A stretch of 64,000 nucleotides of DNA from Vicugna vicugna (Eukaryota): the NCBI GenBank assembly GCA_013265495.1, contig MU057776.1:62001-126000 (forward strand), given 5' to 3'. A program made the position numbers and the translations under genes. Positions 56,920 to 64,000 of this stretch are shown one piece after another. Below the pieces are notes generated by a model. That model did not search any database, was not told where the DNA came from, and worked only from the letters and a program-made list of their open reading frames with translations. Every line of letters begins with the position of its first letter. The first letter of the stretch is position 1.

Positions 56920-57838
56920 ATGAACCGCGTCGCCCAGGCCGCCTTCCCCGGTGCCCACGTGGGCATACCCCCGGCGTATGAGATGCTCAAGGAGGAGCAC
57001 GAGGTGGGGGTGCTGGGGGCTTCCCAGAGCCCGGCCCCCGTGACGACCACTGTGATCAACATCCGCAGTGAGACCTCCGTGCCCGACCACATCGTCTGGT
57101 CCCTGTTCAACACCCTCTTCCTGAACGTGTGCTGCCTGGGCTTCGTGGCATTCGCCTACTCTGTGAAGGTGGGAGGGTGCCTGGGGGAAGGAGCGTGAGC
57201 CCGGCGAGGCCCCTGCCCAGACGGCACGTGGGCTGTGGGAGGCCTTGTGCATATAGTTCTGTGTGTGCGTGCGTGTGTGTGCGTGTGGGCGAGCGCACGC
57301 CCAGGCGTGCAGGTCGTGATGAGGTTGCAGGGGTGCGTGGGGATGACCAGCGTCAGCCTTTTGCCCCGTGGTGGGGCGGGCGGCCAGTAGGAGGCCAGAG
57401 CAGAGGGACGGTGAGCCCTGGGGCCTCCTGGACAGGCTGAGAGTCTGTGAGGAGGGAGATCCAGGCCCCAGGAGGGGAGGGAGGGCCCGCTGGGCACGGT
57501 CGTGCTCAGGCTATGGGGAGACGGGCAGGGGTGGGTCCCCAATGGGTGAATGGACACCGGGGGACCAGCAGGGAGGACCTGAGTCTTGGCACCTGGCCTT
57601 CACCCGGCCCGGCCCCAGGTCCCCCTCACCATCTCTCCTCCCCCAGTCCAGGGACCGGAAGATGGTGGGCGACATCCTTGGGGCCCAGAGCTACGCCTCC
57701 ACCGCCAAGTGCCTGAACGTCTGCGCCCTGGTGCTGGGCATCCTTCTGACCATCGTGTTCATCATTATTTTTGCCACTGGCTCCCTGATGATTTTCCAGG
57801 CGATTTCACAGATTGTAAAGGAGTATGGAGGCTACTAG
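56920..57838 (+). CDS. IFITM3: IFITM3-like antiviral protein. Exons 56920-57168 and 57647-57838; 146 aa
   Basis: [29 protein letters not shown] with PPxY and Y20EML motifs; C71/C72/C105, F75/F78, G91xxxG95; [12 protein letters not shown] junction; Kozak accATG. Orthology among IFITM2/3 paralogues cannot be resolved here. Confidence 0.92.
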
Positions 57839-57894
57839 TAGCTGCCCGCGGCCACCCCTTCACAGCAGTTTATACACACCCCCGTCTACAGCTG

Positions 57895-57900
57895 AATAAA
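57895..57900 (+). terminator. IFITM3-like polyadenylation signal
   Basis: AATAAA 56 nt after the stop, GU-rich downstream. Confidence 0.85.
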
Positions 57901-58839
57901 AGCCGGCGTTCCTGTGTGAGGCTGCTGTGTTCTCACCTGGGGAGGGCGCCCTGCTGAGAGCTCCCGCCTGCCCCTGAGACAGCCCAGCCCCCCTCTCCCT
58001 CCTGCTCTGCTGCCCAGGGGCCTGAGCCCCGGCCCCAGACAGGTCCTCTGGGGGCGGGCTGTGCTCGGTCCAACTCCCTTGCCTGTCGAGAAAAGAAAAA
58101 CGAGAGAGAGAGAGAGAAAGGCCGCAGAAGCCTGCCAAAGAGAGAAAAGAGAGAAAAGGCTCTTTTGGGGAGCTTTAGGATCTGCAACTGGGAGGCACAC
58201 ATTCGAGTAGCAAGTCAAATGTGCTCCGAGGGAAGTCAACACGGTGGGGGTTACAAAGACAAAGACATTCCTGAGAAGTTACAGGGCTGTTTCAGAGCTG
58301 GGACTGGGGCCAGCAGGCTTTGAGGCTCACGTCGCAGCTGACTGGTTGCTAACGTGAGGTTTGCAGGGAGTGAAGAAAGTGAGTCCCCGGTGGTCCCAGG
58401 GTGTGAGGGTGGGTGTCAGCTCCACGTCCCGTGGGCTCTGGGGCTGTCTGAGACCCTACCATGGGGCTGCATTTGGTGGTCCGTAGCCCTCAACCCGGGG
58501 TCCCCATCAGTGGGAGGGCTGCAGGAGCCCTTGGTCCACCTGTGGAGGGACGGCCCCGGCGGTCCCTGCTTTTCAGGCGGAGGAGACCCCCCTGCCCTGG
58601 AAATCAGCCCCCCGTCCGGTTTTGCCGTGGCCTCCAGACTTGTGGGCACAGGAGTGGCCCCGGGGCAGACCCTGCCCACAACCAGCTGGGCAGGTGCGGT
58701 GTGAGCTGGGGTGGCCATCGCCTGCCCCTTCCTCCCCGCCACCTGACCCCAGCTGTGGGCCCTCCTGTGAGTGGAAAATATCACCTGCCGTGTCCGTGAG
58801 CAAAGGATGTTGCAGCCACCAAGTCCTCAGCCACGGCAG

Positions 58840-59184
58840 CCACCCGGGACCCTGAGCCCTGAGGGTCTCAGGCGGGGAGAGCCCAGGACACTGGCCCTAG
58901 GAGCTCAGCTGCACCTCAAAGGAAGGATTCCAAGGAGCCCAGGCTCTGGCGTCTTCCCAGACACAGAGACACCTGAAATTCCTTACCCTGAGATAGCTGG
59001 TCTTATTAACAGTACTCTTTTGATGTGCCGACCGCCTGGGGTCTTACCAAGCTCCTGTGTATCCTGGCTCCTCCCCGCTCTCGGGGCAGCCCTTCAGAGC
59101 CATCTGCCTCCCGGCTTGAAGTCCTCAGAGAGCCCACCAGATAAAACATAATTTTAACTCTCAGGCCGTGCAGTTCTTCAGTCC
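58840..59184 (+). mobile_element. MER41-like LTR (family B) between the two IFITM genes
   Basis: Colinear with 43700-44062 (ccctgagggtctcaggcgg...ataaaacataattttaactctcagg...ttcagtc). Confidence 0.72.
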
Positions 59185-59772
59185 GTGAGCCCCAGCCCTC
59201 ACCCGCACCCCTTTTCTGTTCCCGGCAGCAGAACCTGAGTCCAGGAAATGGGGTGTTGGCGTCCCAGGGCGGGCCATGGAGAAGCCCCCTCCCCCGGGCG
59301 ATCTGACTCCTGTCAGCAGGCGTGGGGACAGAGCCCGGGAAGGTTGGCCCTGGAGGAGGGACGGCAAGCCGACCTGGCGCTCTGGGTTGGGAAGGACCGA
59401 CCCCAAGGGGGGAAGGGGCCAACAGCCAGCAAAGCATTGGAGTCTGGAGCAGGCGCTGCCCAGCGGCACGGACCCTGCTGGGGTGGGCTGGGCAGATGGA
59501 ATCTTCCGGACCAGCAGTGCCTGGCAAGGGAGCCGGCGGTGCGCGGCCAGAAGCAGCCCTCTGTCCCCCCAGGAGCACAGGTGTCCTGTTCCGCCCTCGT
59601 GCCCCCTCAGCAGGAGTCGTGAGGTGCGGCTTCCTCCAGGCAAAGCAGAAGAGCATTCTCTCCCCAGGGCTATTCGGAAAGTGTCCAGAAATGCCTCTGA
59701 CGCTGCTGCCGCCCACCTGTGCGCCCGGTCCTGGCTCTGTGTCCTCCTGGCCCACCATCCCAACCCCTCCAT

Positions 59773-59908
59773 GCCCTCCTCTCCCCCTCCGCGCCCTCCT
59801 CCGCCGCCTCCTTGCCCTCCTCTCCCCCTCCGCGCCCTCCTCCGCCGCCTCCTTGCCCTCCTCTCCCCCTCCGCGCCCTCCTCCCCCACCTCCGCGCCCT
59901 CCTCCTCC
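59773..59908. repeat. C-rich 41-bp minisatellite, about 3 copies
   Basis: Unit gccctcctctccccctccgcgccctcctccgccgcctcctt starts at 59773, 59814 and 59855. Confidence 0.92.
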
Positions 59909-61117
59909 CACTTCACTGTTCTCCCAGCTCTGGGCCCTCCAACGTTCAGTGCTCCCAGCTCGCCCATTTCTCTCAGCCCCGCATAGATCGTCCACCTCAC
60001 CAGGCAGCGCTCACCTGCAGGTGACACAGGACACTGTAACTGCCCACGTCAGAACAGAGCTGGTGGTGTGGCTCCAAGGGTTAGAGCTGCTCAGGACCCA
60101 GCGGTCAGCACCCAGGACCTTGGAACGGACCTACAGTTCCCCTGCGCGAGGCCTGGGACCTCACCTGCTTATTTTGGAAAGCTCCAGATCCCTAGTTCTT
60201 TGCTAGCTGCCAAGAGAGGGGGTCTTCCCCTGGCAGGAGCCTAATCCTGAGTCAGTGGAGCGCAGGTGGGGTTGGGCTCAATGCCCATCGCCCTTCTGGA
60301 CGGCTGCCCAGCAGGGGAATGTGGGACCCGCCTAGTCTGCCCTGTTGGGGCTGGGGTCAGGGTCATGCGTTCTGGCCCCCAGCCCCACCTTGGAGAAAGT
60401 CCTTTTGGACCTAGAGGGGCAGGTCTGCCAGCCTCCCCTCCTCCAGGACCCACCTTCCCTGGGCTGAGCCTCCCGTGATGAAGTGGGACCCGAGAGAGAG
60501 TGGGCAGCCTCTTCTGAGACACCGTCCACCAGTGAGGACCCCAAGCAGCGTGGCCTCGGAGTTAGGCCACTGCGGGGGGTGGGCGCCCTTCCCTCCTGGG
60601 TGCCTGGACTCAAGGGAACCCAGCGTGAAGAGCTGAGACTTCAGCGAGAGCCAACAGGACTTGGCCTCAGCTGACTGAGCGTGCCCAGGGGCAGGTGGAG
60701 AAGGGGTCACCTTCTCGACACAAGGCGAGGCTGCCTGGGCTCCTCCTGCCTCCCCAGGGTGACGCCCAGCACACTCGGGGTAGCGTGCAGGGCACGGTGG
60801 TCTGTGGCAGGGTGCCCCTTCCCCACCCACCAACTCCCTCTGGGGCCTCAGAGATGGGAGCACAGGTCTGGGGCCTTTCTCCCGCATTGGGCTGAGGACG
60901 GTCCCCACCTCTCTGGGTGCAGCCCAGGCTCTGGCAAAGGTTCACACCCAACACCCCAGGGTCCCCAGTTTCTGGGAGACCCTTCCCGGGACACCGAGCA
61001 GTCGCTCAGCCAGCAGGGCCAGGCGGGTTTGGTGGGAGGAAGTGGTCTTTCCTCTGGGGGTTTCTGTTCATCCAGGTGAATCACCGGCTCTGCTATCTGC
61101 TTCTGCAGTCAGGCCAC

Positions 61118-61326
61118 TGGGGACTCCCAGCCGTGCCCCCTCCCCAGGGACTTCACTGCACCCTCACATCTGGGGACTCCCAGCCGTGCCCCCTCCCCAG
61201 GGACTTCACTGCACCCTCACATCTGGGGACTCCCAGCCGTGCCCCCTCCCCAGGGACTTCACTGCACCCTCACATCTGGGGACTCCCAGCTGTGCCCCCT
61301 TCCCAGGGACTTCACTGCACCCTCAC
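61118..61326. repeat. 53-bp minisatellite, about 4 copies
   Basis: Unit tggggactcccagccgtgccccctccccagggacttcactgcaccctcacatc starts at 61118, 61171, 61224 and 61277. Confidence 0.96.
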
Positions 61327-61338
61327 GTACAAGTGCAC

Positions 61339-61344
61339 TTTATT
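61339..61344 (-). terminator. IFITM1-like polyadenylation signal
   Basis: tttatt on + is AATAAA on -; preceded by the same cagcagtttatacacac 3' UTR motif as the IFITM3-like gene. Confidence 0.85.
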
Positions 61345-61474
61345 CGATTCAGTTGTCATCAGGTGTGTGTATAAACTGCTGTGTAAAGGGGTGTGGGGAG
61401 AGCAGGCTCCCAGCCCCAGGGGCAGGGACAGCAGTGGATGGTGGAAGACCTGGGCTGCCTTCCATTGGTAGCTC

Positions 61475-62326
61475 TTAGTAGCCTCTATTCTTCTTCATAA
61501 ACTCTGACGTGATATGGTTGGCCATAGGGTATAAAAATACCAGAAGAACGATGACTCCAATGGTCCCGAGGATGCCCAGCACCAGGGCACAGACGTTCAG
61601 GCACTTGGCAGTGGCGGCATGGCTCTGGGCCCCAAGGATGTCGCCCACCATCTTCCGGTCCCTGGACTGGGGGAGAGATGGTGAGGGGGACCTGGGGCCG
61701 GGCCGGGTGAAGGCCAGGTGCCAAGACTCAGGTCCTCCCTGCTGTCCCCCGGTGTCCTTTCACCCACTGGGGACCCACCCCTGCCCGTCCCCCCACAGCC
61801 TGAGCACGACCGTGCCCAGCGGGCCCTCCCTCCCCTCCTGGGGCCTGGATCTCCCTCCTCACAGACTCTCAGCCTGTCCAGGAGGCCCCAGGGCTCACCG
61901 TCCCTCTGCTCTGGCCTCCTACTGGCCGCCCGCCCCACCACGGGGCAAAAGGCTGACGCTGGTCATCCCCACGCACCCCTGCAACCTCATCACGACCTGC
62001 ACGCCTGGGCGTGCGCTCGCCCACACGCACACACACGCACGCACACACAGAACTATATGCACAAGGCCTCCCACAGCCCACGTGCCGTCTGGGCAGGGGC
62101 CTCGCCGGGCTCACGCTCCTTCCCCCAGGCACCCTCCCACCTTCACAGAGTAGGCGAATGCCACGAAGCCCAGGCAGCACACGTTCAGGAAGAGGGTGTT
62201 GAACAGGGACCAGACGATGTGGTCGGGCACGGAGGTCTCCGTGGGGATCTGGATCATGGTGGACATCACGGGGGCTGGGTTCTGGGGAACCCCCAGCACC
62301 CCGACCTCATGCTCCTCCTTGTACAT
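61475..62326 (-). CDS. IFITM1: IFITM1-like protein. Exons 62326-62141 and 61666-61475; 125 aa
   Basis: Short N-terminus [12 protein letters not shown] lacking YEML; CD225 domain; exon 2 [63 protein letters not shown]. Length and RGY end resemble IFITM1. Confidence 0.92.
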
Positions 62327-62453
62327 GTTGGCGTTGGGGAAAGCAGATGCTGCTCGCAGAGGGAACGAAGGAGACGGTGTTTCTCGAGGCTGAGTTGGAG
62401 CAGTTGTGCTCTCTGGCCAGCCTAGTGCAGAGTGGGCCCTCCCCTTCTGGTTT

Positions 62454-62484
62454 GGTTTCTATTTCTCGGTAGTTTCTATTTCCT
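62454..62484 (-). promoter_or_regulatory. Tandem ISREs of the IFITM1-like gene
   Basis: Minus strand AGGAAATAGAAACT (62484-62471) and GAGAAATAGAAACC (62467-62454). Confidence 0.9.
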
Positions 62485-62756
62485 GTTGTTTCTGAACTGC
62501 TGAATTGTCTGGAAAATAGGAGGGTTGGACAACTAACTGGGTGCCTGGTAGGATTTTATGAGCCCTGTCCTTCCAAGGCGGGGCTGCTTTCCTCGAGGTC
62601 CCGCTGGCAGCCTTCCTGGCTAGATGGAGGCCTGGTTTCCAGGCTGTCTGGGGAGAACACTTGAGCTAATTACCCATGAGATTATGATACAGGACTTTCT
62701 TTTTCTTATTTTCTTTAATTTGGGTAAAATATATACAACATAAAATTTACCGTCTT

Positions 62757-62945
62757 TTTTTTATTTGAGTAAAGGTAGATTTGTTTGGAGAAATACCCAG
62801 TGCGCAGCGGGCAGGCTGTTTCAGGAGGCGAGAGAAAGGCCACGAGTTGCTGCAGTTGGGAGCCCAGGTTAGAGTAAAAGTAGATGCACACTCCACAGAC
62901 AGAGTGCGGGCCGTCTCTGAAGAGGAGGGGGCAGAAAGGGCCGCC
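62757..62945 (-). mobile_element. Poly(A)-tailed retrocopy of an LTR R region with TSD
   Basis: T tract, then gagtaaaggtagattt...cacactccacagacagagtgcgggccgtctctgaagagg as in family-A LTRs. AAAATTTACC at 62742-62751 and 62946-62955. Absent from the paralogous site at 1734-1750. Confidence 0.88.
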
Positions 62946-64000
62946 AAAATTTACCACCCTAATCCCACCTCGGTGCAGAGCTCGGGACACTAAACTCACT
63001 CACATGGTTGAGCAGCCATCACACCATCACCTCCAGGACTCGTCCGACTTCCCAGACTGACACCCTGTCCCCAGTGAACACTCAGCCTCCAGCCCCTGGC
63101 CCCGGGATCGGCTTCCTGACTCTGTGACTGTGACTCCCCCAGGGGCCTCACCGCACAGGAGTGGAATCAGAGCGTTTGTCCTCCTGTGTCTTCTTATGTC
63201 ACCAAGTGTAACGTCCTCAGGGTTCGTCCACATTGTAGCATGAACTGAAGGACGAATGACATACACTTGTCTTATTTTAACGACCAGTAGAAGCCTCTTC
63301 TCTGGCCGCTTTGCCAGGCTTCCCGGTGGCTTCCGTTCCCAGCGGTGGTGTGTCTGTGCAGCAGGCTTTCCGGGGAGGAGCCTCCTGTCTGGGGGGAGAA
63401 AGGAACTGTGGGCCTGGGGTGCGGGGGCTTGGTCTGCTCTTTAGGGGCCAGAGCAGCAAACTGGGAGTGCTGAGGGCACAGGCGGCAGAAGTGTCTGAGA
63501 GCAGGAGCTGCGTCAGAGGCCCGTCCCTTGGCATCAGCGATGCCTGCCTTGGGTGCGTGGCACAGAGACCCCCGGATGAACTCTCGCCCAGCAGGGACGG
63601 GGAGGCAGGCTAGAAGCTGGCCCGGGAGCTCGGGGTCGTCCCGAGCTAGGCGCCTCCTCTCCTCCTGCCCGCTGCCCGGAGAGAGGGATTTCTGTCCTTC
63701 CTGGACCTCCAGGCCCTGTGTCCACATCCACGCAGCACAAAGCGAGAGGCAGGCCAAGAGCCGAGGGTGTGCTGACTTGGTTCTGTTCTCCACCGGGAGC
63801 ATCATGGTTCCTGTGGGCTCATGCAGCCGGCTTCCTCTTCCCTCCCATTGGCCGAGGCTGTTTCCCACGGTCACCGCCTGGGAAGTCAAGGTTTAGAGGA
63901 AGGCACGTGACTAACCCACCCAAAGTGGGTGCTGTGGGTGAGGGAGGAGGGCAGAACGGGTCTTGGGGTGACATCTGGCAGGGCCCACCACCCCGGGGCT

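Noticed and set aside
59006..60206. Long ORFs of 236-329 aa on both strands
   Set aside because: Low-complexity Pro/Arg/Gly/Glu translations of the GC-rich minisatellite region; no domain signal.
61118..61326. CRISPR-like array
   Set aside because: Head-to-tail units with no unique spacers, no cas genes, mammalian context.

Overview
Mammalian genomic DNA, most likely camelid (inferred from a tRNA-Ala-derived Vic-1-type SINE at 53519). It is the conserved NLRP6-PGGHG-IFITM5-IFITM locus. Five intact spliced genes were reconstructed by hand with GT-AG junctions and continuous frames: NLRP6 (+, 884 aa), PGGHG (+, 691 aa), IFITM5 (-, 134 aa), an IFITM3-like gene (+, 146 aa) and an IFITM1-like gene (-, 125 aa); the last two have ISRE promoters. 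About 2.4-13 kb is mostly L1/MaLR/MIR. About 35-56.7 kb is a nest of ERV1 LTRs, ERV internal relics (integrase and env CWIC motif) and L1 pieces, with a probable assembly artefact at the N gap (45550-45563). Most ORF-track entries are chance GC-rich or repeat-derived frames. No prokaryote-type system is present. Best leads: (1) two short poly(A)-tailed, TSD-flanked insertions that match only the R region (inferred TSS to poly(A) site) of a local LTR family, one with its empty site visible in a paralogous copy; (2) a 443-bp identical inverted tract shared by the IFITM3-like and IFITM1-like genes, including most of the intron; (3) a copy of the IFITM1-like upstream region 61 kb away with an 80-bp identical core; (4) an NLRP6 start-codon hand-off (exon-1 ATG to GTG, in-frame ATG in exon 2). 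Repeat family names and human comparisons are from memory and were not database-checked.
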